Source: Patescibacteria group bacterium (GTDB lineage: Bacteria; Patescibacteriota; Patescibacteriia; CAIXNZ01). From it: a stretch of DNA of 64,000 nucleotides. This document shows, in pieces, positions 35,790 to 45,420 of the stretch; the first letter of the stretch is position 1, and every line of letters begins with the position of its first letter. The notes under the pieces are model-generated. The model made no database searches. It was not told the origin of the DNA and saw only the letters and a list, made by a program, of their open reading frames with translations. The position numbers were made by a program, and so were the translations under genes. The stretch is taken from positions 102,047 through 166,046 of the forward strand of contig JAQTMG010000002.1 in the NCBI GenBank assembly GCA_028714455.1. The letters run 5' to 3'.

Positions 35790-36581
35790 ATGTATCAAAT
35801 GAGCCAAACAAAAAATGAAATAGTCGGCATCTATGCTGTCTGGTATCGAGAATTCAAGGTTTTTTTAAGAGAAAAATCCAGAATTGTTTCTTCGGTTATT
35901 AACCCAATTTTGTGGCTTTTTATATTCGGCGCCGGTTTGGGTTCCAGCATCAACATCTCGGGCTTAAATTATCAGGCCTTTATTTTTCCTGGCATCCTGG
36001 CCCAAGTCGTGCTTTTCTCTTCAGTTTTTTACGGTGTCTATATTGTCTGGGACAGAAAAATTGATTTTTTAAAAGAAGTTTTGGTCGCGCCGATTTCTCG
36101 CACCTCAATTTTTATTGGCAAGGTTTTGGGCGGCGCCACCGATGCCATGATTCAAATAATTATTTTATTAATCTTTGGCTGGATTTTTGGTCTGGTCGGA
36201 TTAATTCCGGGGCTGCACATCACTTTATTTACGGGTATTGGCGCTCTCTTTGTTTTATTTTTTACCACTGTATCCTTAACCAGCGTTGGCTTAATTCTAG
36301 GTTCACAAATGGAAAGCCCCGAGGGTTTTCAATTGATCTCCAGCTTTCTTTTGTTTCCGATATTTTTCTTGTCAGGCGCGCTTTTCCCACTCAATAATTT
36401 GCCGGTCTGGCTTGGCTCTCTTACAAAATTAGACCCCATGACTTACACGGTTGACGCGGCCAGACATATTATCTTAGGCACCTCTCAATATGGCTTAGGC
36501 CTTGATCTGATCGTAATTATCGCTTTCATGCTAGTCATGATCTGGCTTGGCACCTATGCTTTTGAAAAAATGAAATTATAA
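35790..36581 (+). CDS. ABC-2 type transporter permease
   Basis: Six TM helices, adjacent to the ATPase gene. Confidence 0.8.
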   Translation: MYQMSQTKNEIVGIYAVWYREFKVFLREKSRIVSSVINPILWLFIFGAGLGSSINISGLNYQAFIFPGILAQVVLFSSVFYGVYIVWDRKIDFLKEVLVAPISRTSIFIGKVLGGATDAMIQIIILLIFGWIFGLVGLIPGLHITLFTGIGALFVLFFTTVSLTSVGLILGSQMESPEGFQLISSFLLFPIFFLSGALFPLNNLPVWLGSLTKLDPMTYTVDAARHIILGTSQYGLGLDLIVIIAFMLVMIWLGTYAFEKMKL

Positions 36582-36620
36582 AGCATGCGGCAAATAGTAC
36601 CGATGTCTGGCTTTTTAAAA

Positions 36621-36650
36621 CCGAGACCGTCACGCCAGTGGCGGTTTTTT
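36621..36650 (+). terminator. hairpin, left copy of the pair flanking the 36752 gene
   Basis: ACCGTCAC-GCCA-GTGGCGGT plus a T run. Confidence 0.7.
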
Positions 36651-36751
36651 CTTTATTTACTTTAGTCGAGCTTTATGCTACTTTTTTAAGAGGCACCTTA
36701 AAATAAGTCTGAAATTTACCAAATTAAACCAGGAGGCAAAGGAGGTAAGCC

Positions 36752-37732
36752 ATGGATAAAATCGTTTTTTCAAAACCGCTTTCAAGAACCGCGCTGGTTG
36801 ATGCAATTCGGAGGAGACAACCCGTGTCGCAAAGAGCGGCCAAGAAACTGGCGCTTCATCTGGCCAAAAAATTCGGCACGGAGATCAGAAGAGCAGTGGA
36901 AAAAGCGCTTAAAAAACAGGGTGCGTACTCAATCATGGCCATAAGCAAATTAAAACCCCGGATTTCCAATGAGGACGGCTGGAGAGTGAGCTGGCCTTCT
37001 TACCGATGGTATTGCCGGATCGCGGGCGGATTTTACGAAGTAACTACGTCCCTTGCCATTGTCGTTTGCCACGGACAGATGAGTTCGAAACTTTGGGTAA
37101 CCAATCAGCTGAACGCTCTTTGCGTCAGAAAAAGAAAAAGTTTCCGGGTTCAACAGTCGGGATTCGAAGTTATCGCGATAAAAACATTTCTAGAGCGAAT
37201 GAAACCGGTTACGCAAGAAATCTGCGGCTTAATTTGGCCGTATTACAAACGATCCGTCAGAGACGTTCTGCGCCAGAATACCGTTCATTATTGTTGGTTT
37301 GTTTGCGAGGGCGCCGAGACAGACCAATTACTGATAACGCCGCTATTATCTCGAAAAGAATTTCTAGAAACGATTAAACATTGCGACGGCTACAAATTCT
37401 TCATCGAGAACTTCTATCTGCCGTTGTCAAAAGCTCAATCTAATAGATCGCTTGTTGGCGAGGGGATAAAAGAATTAGAGAAAAGGGGTTATCCTTGTAT
37501 CTGGATTTTGCACAGTGATAGTTCTTTTTTCTTCCCCGAGTCGGTTATAAAGGACGCTTATAGTTCAGTCGACAACAAAAAAATGCGTCCCGCCTACCGC
37601 TTGATTGGTTTGGCCTCTAATCTTTACCCCCATCTTGAAGGACCAGCCTATCAGCCGTTTTGGGAAATTTCCTATTACGCGGTAAATCATTTTGCTGATG
37701 CCTTTAAAAATCCGCGACCCAAAAGAAGGTGA
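36752..37732 (+). CDS. hypothetical protein, 326 aa (SD-bearing orphan)
   Basis: Double SD (AGGAGG, AAGGAGG) upstream. I recognise no family. Confidence 0.6.
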   Translation: MDKIVFSKPLSRTALVDAIRRRQPVSQRAAKKLALHLAKKFGTEIRRAVEKALKKQGAYSIMAISKLKPRISNEDGWRVSWPSYRWYCRIAGGFYEVTTSLAIVVCHGQMSSKLWVTNQLNALCVRKRKSFRVQQSGFEVIAIKTFLERMKPVTQEICGLIWPYYKRSVRDVLRQNTVHYCWFVCEGAETDQLLITPLLSRKEFLETIKHCDGYKFFIENFYLPLSKAQSNRSLVGEGIKELEKRGYPCIWILHSDSSFFFPESVIKDAYSSVDNKKMRPAYRLIGLASNLYPHLEGPAYQPFWEISYYAVNHFADAFKNPRPKRR

Positions 37733-37742
37733 GCTTTTAGCA

Positions 37743-37774
37743 ACGAGGCCGTCACGCCAGTGACGGCCTTTTTT
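37743..37774 (+). terminator. hairpin, right copy of the pair flanking the 36752 gene
   Basis: GGCCGTCAC-GCCA-GTGACGGCC plus a T run. Confidence 0.75.
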
Positions 37775-37820
37775 ATTAATACAAAAACCACCCCGCGACG
37801 CGGAGTGGTTTTTGGTTTAC

Positions 37821-38000
37821 TTAGTAGCGATTTCTTTGTGGTCGTCTTGCCCTGTGGCAGTCCCTGCAGAGTAGTTGATCTAATCTGGCTGGATCTGGTT
37901 CAAAGGGAAGCTCGGTGATGTCAGCGCCGCAGGAAGAACACTTCCAGTTGCCCTGAAACATCTTTCTAGGTTGAAAACCGCCTTGATTTCCGAAAGCCAT
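37821..38000 (-). CDS. CxxC-x17-CxxC zinc-ribbon small protein (59 aa, below ORF-track cutoff)
   Basis: MAFGNQGGFQPRKMFQGNWKCSSCGADITELPFEPDPARLDQLLCRDCHRARRPQRNRY. A terminator lies downstream. Confidence 0.65.
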   Translation of the reverse strand: MAFGNQGGFQPRKMFQGNWKCSSCGADITELPFEPDPARLDQLLCRDCHRARRPQRNRY

Positions 38001-38165
38001 TTTGCTTTGACTTAATAATTAACTCGAAACAAAATGGCACTTATGTTATAAAACGAATTTTATATTTATACTGCCGATTTGCTCGATTGATAACAGTATA
38101 GCACGTCTGGAGTATTTTGTCAACGATACATTGACCAAAAGCCATTTTTTAGCTAAAATTAACTA

Positions 38166-39431
38166 ATGAAAATACAAATCGAAAAATTAGTCTTTGGCGG
38201 TCAGGGCATAGGCAGGTTCGAAGGCAAAACCGCCTTTGTCTGGAATGCTCTGCCAGGCGAAGAAGTGGAAGCACTCTTGATAAAGAAACACAAAAACATC
38301 ATTGAGGCTATCGCTACCGAGATAATCAAACCGTCGCCGGACAGGATTAAAAAAATCGAAGAGCATTTTTTGGCTTGCAGTCCCTGGCAGATTTTGTCAT
38401 ACGCGAAAGAAAATATTTGGAAAAAAGAAATCGCCAAAGAAACTTATAAAAAGTTTGCTGACTTAAAAATGTCCGAACTTGAGATTGAAAGTGATGAAAA
38501 AGAATTTGGCTACCGCAATAAAATCGAATATAGTTTCACTCTGGATAACGCCGGAAAAATAACCCTGGCTTTTTTCATCAGAGGTAAACATAAACTCTCG
38601 GCTATTAACGACTGCCAACTGGCCACGGAGCCAATAAATAAAATCGCGCATAAAATAGTTGATTGGCTTAATTTAAACGAGGTGCCAATTCGCAGCTGCA
38701 AATCATTGATTGTCAGATCAAATCAGGCAGGGGAGACAATCGCCGCCCTTTTCATTAAAGATGTCTTGAGTTTTGAAGAATACCCGGAACTTGACGAAAA
38801 ATTTTTGGGTTTTACTTTATATTTTTCAGACCCTCATTGCCCGGCCTCAATCCCAACCCAAACTCTATATTCTGTCGGCCAGGATTTTCTGATTGAAGAA
38901 ATTAATGGAATTAAATTGCGCTACGGCGTTTCAAGTTTTTTCCAGGTTAATGTGCCAATTTTTGAAAAAGCGCTCGCTGATATTGAAAAATTTTTGGATA
39001 AGAAAAAAGAAGTGCTGGATTTTTACTCTGGCGTGGGGGCGATAAGTTTAGCTCTGCATAATAAATTTAAATCAGCTGTTTTGGTTGATAATAATGAAGA
39101 AGCGATTAGCTTTGCCAAAGTAAATATTGAATTAAATAAAATTAAAAATTGTGAAGCGCAAGCTAGTGAAGCTGAAAAAATCGCTGAATTAATAACCAAA
39201 GATAAAATTTTAATTGTTGATCCGCCTCGGGTCGGCTTGCATTACAAAGTGATTGATAAAATTCTTGAAGTCAAGCCTCGGCGGATAATTTATTTATCCT
39301 GCAATCTAGCCACCCAAGCGCGCGACCTTAAAATGTTAAAAGGGGAGTATGAAGTCAAATTTTCCAAACTTTATAATTTCTTTCCCAGGACGCCGCACAT
39401 CGAGGGTTTGTGCGTTTTAGAAAGAAAATAA
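38166..39431 (+). CDS. RNA (uracil-C5)-methyltransferase, TrmA/RlmD family
   Basis: N-terminal TRAM-like fold, SAM motif DFYSGVGA and a C-terminal catalytic region YLSCN. Confidence 0.8.
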   Translation: MKIQIEKLVFGGQGIGRFEGKTAFVWNALPGEEVEALLIKKHKNIIEAIATEIIKPSPDRIKKIEEHFLACSPWQILSYAKENIWKKEIAKETYKKFADLKMSELEIESDEKEFGYRNKIEYSFTLDNAGKITLAFFIRGKHKLSAINDCQLATEPINKIAHKIVDWLNLNEVPIRSCKSLIVRSNQAGETIAALFIKDVLSFEEYPELDEKFLGFTLYFSDPHCPASIPTQTLYSVGQDFLIEEINGIKLRYGVSSFFQVNVPIFEKALADIEKFLDKKKEVLDFYSGVGAISLALHNKFKSAVLVDNNEEAISFAKVNIELNKIKNCEAQASEAEKIAELITKDKILIVDPPRVGLHYKVIDKILEVKPRRIIYLSCNLATQARDLKMLKGEYEVKFSKLYNFFPRTPHIEGLCVLERK

Positions 39432-39433
39432 TT

Positions 39434-39739
39434 ATGCAGACCAAGAAATTCCAAAGAAAAATAGAAGATTTTGTCTGTGAAAACTGCGGACAAAAAATTG
39501 AAGGCAGCGGCTACACTGATCACTGCCCCAATTGTTTATATTCAAAACATGTTGATATTAATCCCGGTGATCGGCTTTGCCCTTGCCAAGGACTTATGGA
39601 ACCAATGTGCGTACAGCTCAAACACGGTGAAAAAATAATTTTTTACCGGTGCCAAAAGTGCGGCCACGAACATCAAGTTAAATCGCTGCCTCAAGATAAT
39701 CAGAAAGAACTCATTAAATTAAGCGCCAACCCCGTTTAG
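39434..39739 (+). CDS. RNHCP domain protein
   Basis: FVCENCG...HCPNCLYSKHVD and a second CQKCGHEH pair. Confidence 0.7.
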   Translation: MQTKKFQRKIEDFVCENCGQKIEGSGYTDHCPNCLYSKHVDINPGDRLCPCQGLMEPMCVQLKHGEKIIFYRCQKCGHEHQVKSLPQDNQKELIKLSANPV

Positions 39740-39755
39740 TGGTATAATATATTTA

Positions 39756-41900
39756 ATGACCGAGCAGATCTTAAATTTTCTCACCGAGCTATTGCCCAAA
39801 ATCGGACATTTGGGCATTTTTGGTTATTGGCTGCTTTTGCTGATAACTTTCTTGGAATCAATCGCTTTTATCGGCGTCTTAATCCCTGGAGCAATCATAA
39901 TCGCGCTTTTTGGCATATTGGCTTCACAAAACTATTTTGATTTCAAGGACTTGATTTGGTATGCGGCAATTGGCGCTGTTTTGGGAGACATTTTAAGTTT
40001 TTATCTTGGTAGATACGCCAACAAAATATTCAAGCCAAATAACCGAATTTTCAGATCAAACTACATAAAAAAGGGCGAGGTATTTTTCAAAAATCACGGA
40101 CCCAAAAGTATTTTTCTGGGCAGATTTATCGCTTTTGTCCGACCAAACATCTCGTTCGTGGCCGGACTTTTCAAAATGGACGCCAAGAAATTTTATTTTT
40201 ACAACATCACCAGCGCTTTTTTGTGGGCGATATTATATCTGGCCATCGGCTACGCGCTGGCTGAAACAGCCACCACCATCGCTTTCTGGTCAACCCGTGT
40301 CAGCGTCTTGATTTTGGTTATCTTGGCTTTTTTGATAATTATCGATCTGCTCCGTTATCTAATAATAAAAAGGGGCAGGGTCTTTTTCCAATTCTTAAAA
40401 TCAATTTTAATTTCTTTGAAAGAAGCCGTGCTGCAAAATCCGGATGTGAGAAAAATGATAAAAGCGCACCCGGCCTTCTTTGGTTTTCTCAAAAAAAGAT
40501 TTGAAACCAAGAAGTTCACTGGTTTTGCCCTGACCGTTTTAATCTTAATTTTTGTTTATTTCTTGTATCTGTACCTGGCTTTGATTTTTGACGTTCTATA
40601 TTCGCGCACGATTGTCGGAGCCGATTTGCGCATCGATGAGCTCATTCTGGTCTTTAGGCACGGCACCTTAATCGGCCCGTTTTCTTGGATTACTTTGCTG
40701 GGCGAATGGCAGTTTGTGGCGGCGGCTTCGGTCGTTTTTGCCGCATTCTTGTGGCTGTGGCAGAAAAAAAATTATGTCTATTCGTTTTTCGTTACCATAG
40801 TCGGCAGTGTTGCTTTTGGCGCTCTAAGTAAAATCGCGATTCATCGACCCAGACCGACTTCTGGCCTGATTTTCGAAAGCTCCTATTCGTTTCCAAGCAA
40901 CCACGCCGTCATTGCCCTGGCCTTTTTCGGCTTCATCGCTTACTTCTTCTGGCGCGACTTAAAAACCTTAAGAAATAAATTAAACGTATTTTTCGGCTGT
41001 CTCACTCTAATCATTCTGATTGGTTTTAGCCGGCTCTATCTGGGCGTTCATTTTTTAAGCGACGTTTTGGGCGGCTATCTGCTGGGTCTGCTCTGGCTAC
41101 TTATCGGCATAATCATCTGTGAATATCTGAATTACAAGACGGTGAGGTTGTGGCTGCCAACGCCAAAACTTAAGAAAAGAACGCTGACGATTTTAAGCGG
41201 TATGCTGCTTGCTCTCATTGTGATTTTTTATGTTTTATTCGGTATTTATTTTAAACCCGAGATTAACCCGCAGACGGAAAAAAATGAAAACCAGCTCGTT
41301 ATTTCCAGCGTTGAAAATATCAGCCAGATTTTCGAAGCGGCCAAGCTGCCAAAATATTCCGAAACTCTGACCGGGGCCAAGCAAGAGCCGCTTAGCTTTA
41401 TAATAATTTCAAGCAGTGAAAGTAGGTTGATAGACGCCTTTGCGGCGGCGGATTGGTACCTGGCTGACACACCCAACCTGACGACCGTCTCAAAAATCGT
41501 ACAGAGCGGCTTATTTAACATCAGCTATCCGAACGCGCCCATGACGCCATCGTTTTGGAATGCGGAAATCCACGACTTGGGTTTTGAAAAGCCGATTGAC
41601 CTGAACAGCGTCAGACAGCGGCACCACGCCAGATTCTGGAAAACAAATATCACGACCAGTGGCGGCCAAAGCGTTTTTGTCGGTACGGCCAGCCTGGACA
41701 TCAGTTTAAAATGGCTCGTTGTCCATAAAATCGATCCGGGCATCGACACGGAGAGGGAAACCGTTTTCCGAGATTTATTTAATACGGGTGCGATTCTAAA
41801 ATTCCAAAAAGAACAATTTGTCCAACCGCTTTTGGGCAAAAATTTCGCCGGTGACCAGTTTTTCACTGACGGCGAGATTTATGTCATTGAATTAAAATAA
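39756..41900 (+). CDS. DedA / PAP2 phosphatase / LssY-like C-terminal fusion protein
   Basis: N-terminal DedA region, PAP2 motifs (KIAIHRPRP, SFPSNH, SRLYLGVHFLSD) and an extra C-terminal domain. Confidence 0.75.
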   Translation: MTEQILNFLTELLPKIGHLGIFGYWLLLLITFLESIAFIGVLIPGAIIIALFGILASQNYFDFKDLIWYAAIGAVLGDILSFYLGRYANKIFKPNNRIFRSNYIKKGEVFFKNHGPKSIFLGRFIAFVRPNISFVAGLFKMDAKKFYFYNITSAFLWAILYLAIGYALAETATTIAFWSTRVSVLILVILAFLIIIDLLRYLIIKRGRVFFQFLKSILISLKEAVLQNPDVRKMIKAHPAFFGFLKKRFETKKFTGFALTVLILIFVYFLYLYLALIFDVLYSRTIVGADLRIDELILVFRHGTLIGPFSWITLLGEWQFVAAASVVFAAFLWLWQKKNYVYSFFVTIVGSVAFGALSKIAIHRPRPTSGLIFESSYSFPSNHAVIALAFFGFIAYFFWRDLKTLRNKLNVFFGCLTLIILIGFSRLYLGVHFLSDVLGGYLLGLLWLLIGIIICEYLNYKTVRLWLPTPKLKKRTLTILSGMLLALIVIFYVLFGIYFKPEINPQTEKNENQLVISSVENISQIFEAAKLPKYSETLTGAKQEPLSFIIISSSESRLIDAFAAADWYLADTPNLTTVSKIVQSGLFNISYPNAPMTPSFWNAEIHDLGFEKPIDLNSVRQRHHARFWKTNITTSGGQSVFVGTASLDISLKWLVVHKIDPGIDTERETVFRDLFNTGAILKFQKEQFVQPLLGKNFAGDQFFTDGEIYVIELK

Positions 41901-41953
41901 TTTTGGAATAAAAAACCCCGCGCTTTATAACGCGAGGTTTTGTGTTTGGTCTT

Positions 41954-42241
41954 TTATAGCAACACGCATCTGGGTCTGCGAGCCAGAACTTCTATGCTCG
42001 TGACCATGGAAACCCTTGCGGTCTTGGACAAGATAAATTGATCTTTTGATCCTTCGATCAACTTTGTGCCGACAAAGATGAATTCGTTCGAATCGGGATT
42101 AAGGCCCATCAGCTTGCCCTTGCAATCAAAAGCTTTGTCCGTGGTTTTAACTTTTACCCACTGGCCAGACAGTCCCAGGATGACTTTTTTCTTTTTCGCG
42201 TCAGACATCTCCTTCGGGAAACCGTAAACCTTCTTCCTCAT
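41954..42241 (-). CDS. hypothetical protein (SD-bearing orphan)
   Basis: 95-aa ORF with AAGGAGGGG upstream and a terminator downstream. Confidence 0.5.
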   Translation of the reverse strand: MRKKVYGFPKEMSDAKKKKVILGLSGQWVKVKTTDKAFDCKGKLMGLNPDSNEFIFVGTKLIEGSKDQFILSKTARVSMVTSIEVLARRPRCVLL

Positions 42242-42383
42242 TTACCCCTCCTTGGTTTTGCTGCTTAGATTTTAAGAACGTGGCGCATCGCAAAAGTCGT
42301 TTTGACCGATTTAATCCAGATTAAGCCAAAAGTCATTCTTTGTCAAGTTGATTTATGCTATAATGTCCAAGAATTAACAACGT

Positions 42384-42890
42384 ATGATAAACATCGTCAT
42401 AATAATTTTTTTGGTTTTGTTAATCTCGGTCGCCATTGCCAGTTCTTCATTCGCCCCCTGGATACCCAGCCGGAAAAAAGACCTGGAAAGAATCTTTAGG
42501 CTGGCTAATTTAAAACCAGGCGAATTATTTTATGACCTGGGCTCTGGCAGCGGGCAGGTGGTCATTCACGCGGCAAAGTACAAAGCCAAGGCCATCGGCC
42601 TGGAAATAGCTTTACCGCTTTATCTGATCAGCAAAATCAGGCAGCCATTTTATCGCGGAACTTTATTCAAGTATAAAAATCTGTTTTCCGAAGACCTTTC
42701 GAAAGCCGACGTCATTTATTTTTTCGGCACGCCCAGGACAATTAATTCGAAACTGAAGCAAAAACTGGAAAGGGAAGCCAAGCCAGGCGCCAGAATAATT
42801 TCCTACACTTTTATTATCGAGGGCTGGCAGCCGGTTTTGATTGATAAGCCTGATAAAAGCAGGCTGCCGATCTATCTGTATATCCGCTAA
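42384..42890 (+). CDS. class I SAM-dependent methyltransferase with N-terminal TM segment
   Basis: DLGSGSGQVV glycine-rich SAM motif. Confidence 0.65.
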   Translation: MINIVIIIFLVLLISVAIASSSFAPWIPSRKKDLERIFRLANLKPGELFYDLGSGSGQVVIHAAKYKAKAIGLEIALPLYLISKIRQPFYRGTLFKYKNLFSEDLSKADVIYFFGTPRTINSKLKQKLEREAKPGARIISYTFIIEGWQPVLIDKPDKSRLPIYLYIR

Positions 42891-42985
42891 AAATGCCTGT
42901 TAATTATTTCCTTGACAACGATTTTATTTTACAATATCATTTTAATATCCTAACTAGGATTTAATTATTAAACCCAAGTTAAATT

Positions 42986-43177
42986 ATGTCACAGGTTCTC
43001 TCACTGCTCAACGAGCAGATTCTCAATTTTGCTTTATTAATGGAGGATGAGGGCGAAGAAGAAGCCGAGGAAGAAGCTGAAGAAGAGACTGAAGAGGAGG
43101 AGGATGAAGATGAAGAAGGCGACGAAACCAAAAAAGAAGACGAAGAAGAAGACGAAGACGAAGAAGAAGGATTTTAA
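42986..43177 (+). CDS. hypothetical extremely acidic small protein
   Basis: 63 aa. The last 43 residues are almost all E/D. It has its own TTGACA-17-TATCAT promoter (42912-42940) and terminator. Confidence 0.55.
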   Translation: MSQVLSLLNEQILNFALLMEDEGEEEAEEEAEEETEEEEDEDEEGDETKKEDEEEDEDEEEGF

Positions 43178-43283
43178 TAAAAAAGGGGAGCGAGCAATCG
43201 TTCTCCTTTTGTTTTTGTTAAAATGATTTACAGGGCGCGGGATTTTTGCTAAACTATCTTTAAGTTATTTATTATCTAAATAT

Positions 43284-43886
43284 ATGAAAAAATTCCTCAA
43301 AATATTCTTTATGGCCATTGGCTCGTTGGCGGCCGTGGCAATCTTAGCCATGGCGATTTTGCAAATCAGCAAATTAAATTCCAGCTATCAATTGGACAGA
43401 GCGCGAGAACAAGTCGCTAACTATTCTCAATACCAATTCACTAACGGCGAGTACAATAAGCTTAAAAAAAGTGAAAAAAATGACGTTTATTACTATGCCG
43501 CCGACGGAAAAAGGTATGTCTTTCCGACAGTTGAAACCTATTATTCCTGGTTTAGACAGATACAAGTCAGCGATGTAAATACTTTTAGCTTGGTGCAATT
43601 ATACGAAACGCCACTGGGCGGTAATGTCACTTGCCGGCCAGGTACGCTAATCCAGACGCCAACTGACAACAACGTCTATATCGTGATTAAAAATGGCCAC
43701 ATCCGCGCGCTAAGCCAAGATCTGCTTAACCTGGTCTACAATTATAATTGGAAAAGATACGTCATTAGCGTGCCTAATTTTTTCTTTATTAATTACATCG
43801 TGGATAAACCGATCAACGATTTATCGGATTTTCCCGAGATACCCAAGAGCATAACAATTGACCAGGACAAGGGCCTGAACAAATGA
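43284..43886 (+). CDS. hypothetical membrane-anchored protein
   Basis: N-terminal TM segment. Its stop overlaps the next start (ATGA). Confidence 0.55.
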   Translation: MKKFLKIFFMAIGSLAAVAILAMAILQISKLNSSYQLDRAREQVANYSQYQFTNGEYNKLKKSEKNDVYYYAADGKRYVFPTVETYYSWFRQIQVSDVNTFSLVQLYETPLGGNVTCRPGTLIQTPTDNNVYIVIKNGHIRALSQDLLNLVYNYNWKRYVISVPNFFFINYIVDKPINDLSDFPEIPKSITIDQDKGLNK

Positions 43887-45037
43887 TAAAAAAAATTTCT
43901 CAAATCTGCCTTAACGTAGTCTTACTCGGCTGCATCGCGGTCACGGTTTTTTATTTATTCACGCAAAGAACTACGATTCTGGCGCAAGCGGACCAGCTTA
44001 TTTTTAATAATAATAGAGAATCTTCTTTAAACGTAGAGATCAAAAAAGTCAAAAGAGAAAAACCAGCCGAAAGGGAAGTGCGAGCTCTTTATTTAACTGC
44101 CAACACGGCTAGCCAGGATAATAGAATTGCTAAAATTATTGAGTTTATGAAAGGCAGCGCCCTTAACGCCGTAGTCATAGATATTAAAAGCTATAGCGGT
44201 AAAATTGTTTATGACAGCCAGGTGCCGCAGGTTATTCAGCTGCAAACAAAGCAAGTCATAATCAAAGACATACCAGCTTTGATTCAAAAACTCCACGATA
44301 ATGATATCTATGTTATAGCCAGACAAACGGTTTTCCAGGATCTGGAGCTTTCCGGCAAAAAACCGAGTTGGGCCGTCCAAAATAAAGTGACTGGCGGCGT
44401 TTGGCATGACAAGAACGGACTTGGCTGGATGGACCCATCAGTCGAAGAGGTCTGGCAATATAATTCTGAAATTGCCAGAGAAGCGATTTTGCTTGGCTTT
44501 GACGAAGTAAATTTTGACTACATCAGATTTCCTTCTGACGGCGATCTAACAACTATGGCCTTCCATAATTTAGCGGGCAGGACAAAAAGGGGGGTGATGA
44601 AATCATTTTTTGAATATCTGTCGGGTGAATTAAAAGATCAGCCCGGCTATATGTCAGTTGACCTCTTTGGCCTAACCAGCGTTCGGCTTGATGATATGAA
44701 TATCGGTCAAAATATAGAGGATGCGGGTCCAAACTTCGATTACATCTGCCCCATGGTCTATCCCTCTCATTATCCAACCAAATACATGGGTTTTGTGAAT
44801 CCCGCGGATCATCCGTATGAAATCATCAACCACGATTTAACCATAGCCAACGAGCGCCTGGCTCACGTAGCCAATAACCGAGCCAAAATCAGGCCCTGGC
44901 TTCAGGACTTTAATATGGGCGCTGTCTACACGCCGGCTATGCTTGATTTGGAAATCAAAGCGCAAAAAGACAGCGGCAGTTTCGGCTATCTGCTTTGGAA
45001 CGCGGGCAATGTCTATACTTACGCGCCAAAATTATAA
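43883..45037 (+). CDS. putative glycoside hydrolase (DUF4015/GHL-like TIM barrel)
   Basis: N-terminal TM segment and a FDYIRFPSDG motif. Confidence 0.6.
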   Translation: MIKKISQICLNVVLLGCIAVTVFYLFTQRTTILAQADQLIFNNNRESSLNVEIKKVKREKPAEREVRALYLTANTASQDNRIAKIIEFMKGSALNAVVIDIKSYSGKIVYDSQVPQVIQLQTKQVIIKDIPALIQKLHDNDIYVIARQTVFQDLELSGKKPSWAVQNKVTGGVWHDKNGLGWMDPSVEEVWQYNSEIAREAILLGFDEVNFDYIRFPSDGDLTTMAFHNLAGRTKRGVMKSFFEYLSGELKDQPGYMSVDLFGLTSVRLDDMNIGQNIEDAGPNFDYICPMVYPSHYPTKYMGFVNPADHPYEIINHDLTIANERLAHVANNRAKIRPWLQDFNMGAVYTPAMLDLEIKAQKDSGSFGYLLWNAGNVYTYAPKL

Positions 45038-45098
45038 ATTTGATATTTTTCCCGATTAAAATAAGTTCAAACCAGGTTCCTTAAAAAAGGAGGCAATA

Positions 45099-45323
45099 AT
45101 GGAAATCATTTTTGACGTAGCGGTTATTTTGACCGTGATTTATCTTGTTATCGGCACACTCTTTTTTATGGTGAGTTTCTTGTTCACGATCGAGTATACT
45201 TATCGTCTGGCCGCTGGTAAAATTATTCCCAGAACCAGAAGTTGGAAGGTGATTGAAGAATTTTTTTATTGCCTGACTCATGACATTCTTTGGGCCATTC
45301 TCTGGCCGATCACGTGGATTTAA
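45099..45323 (+). CDS. hypothetical small membrane protein (SD-bearing)
   Basis: 74 aa with AAAGGAGG upstream and a terminator at about 45343-45372. Confidence 0.5.
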   Translation: MEIIFDVAVILTVIYLVIGTLFFMVSFLFTIEYTYRLAAGKIIPRTRSWKVIEEFFYCLTHDILWAILWPITWI

Positions 45324-45420
45324 AAAAAAGAGAAGCATGTTAATCCCACTCTAAAAGGGTGGGATTTTTTTATTTAAAAATGGTATAATTAAACCATAAT
45401 CTCAACTTTAAATTATCAAT

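Noticed and set aside
42302-42499. 65-aa ORF overlapping the start of the methyltransferase gene
   Set aside because: It spans the promoter region (TGCTATAAT at 42356-42364) and is out of frame with the well-supported 42384 ORF.
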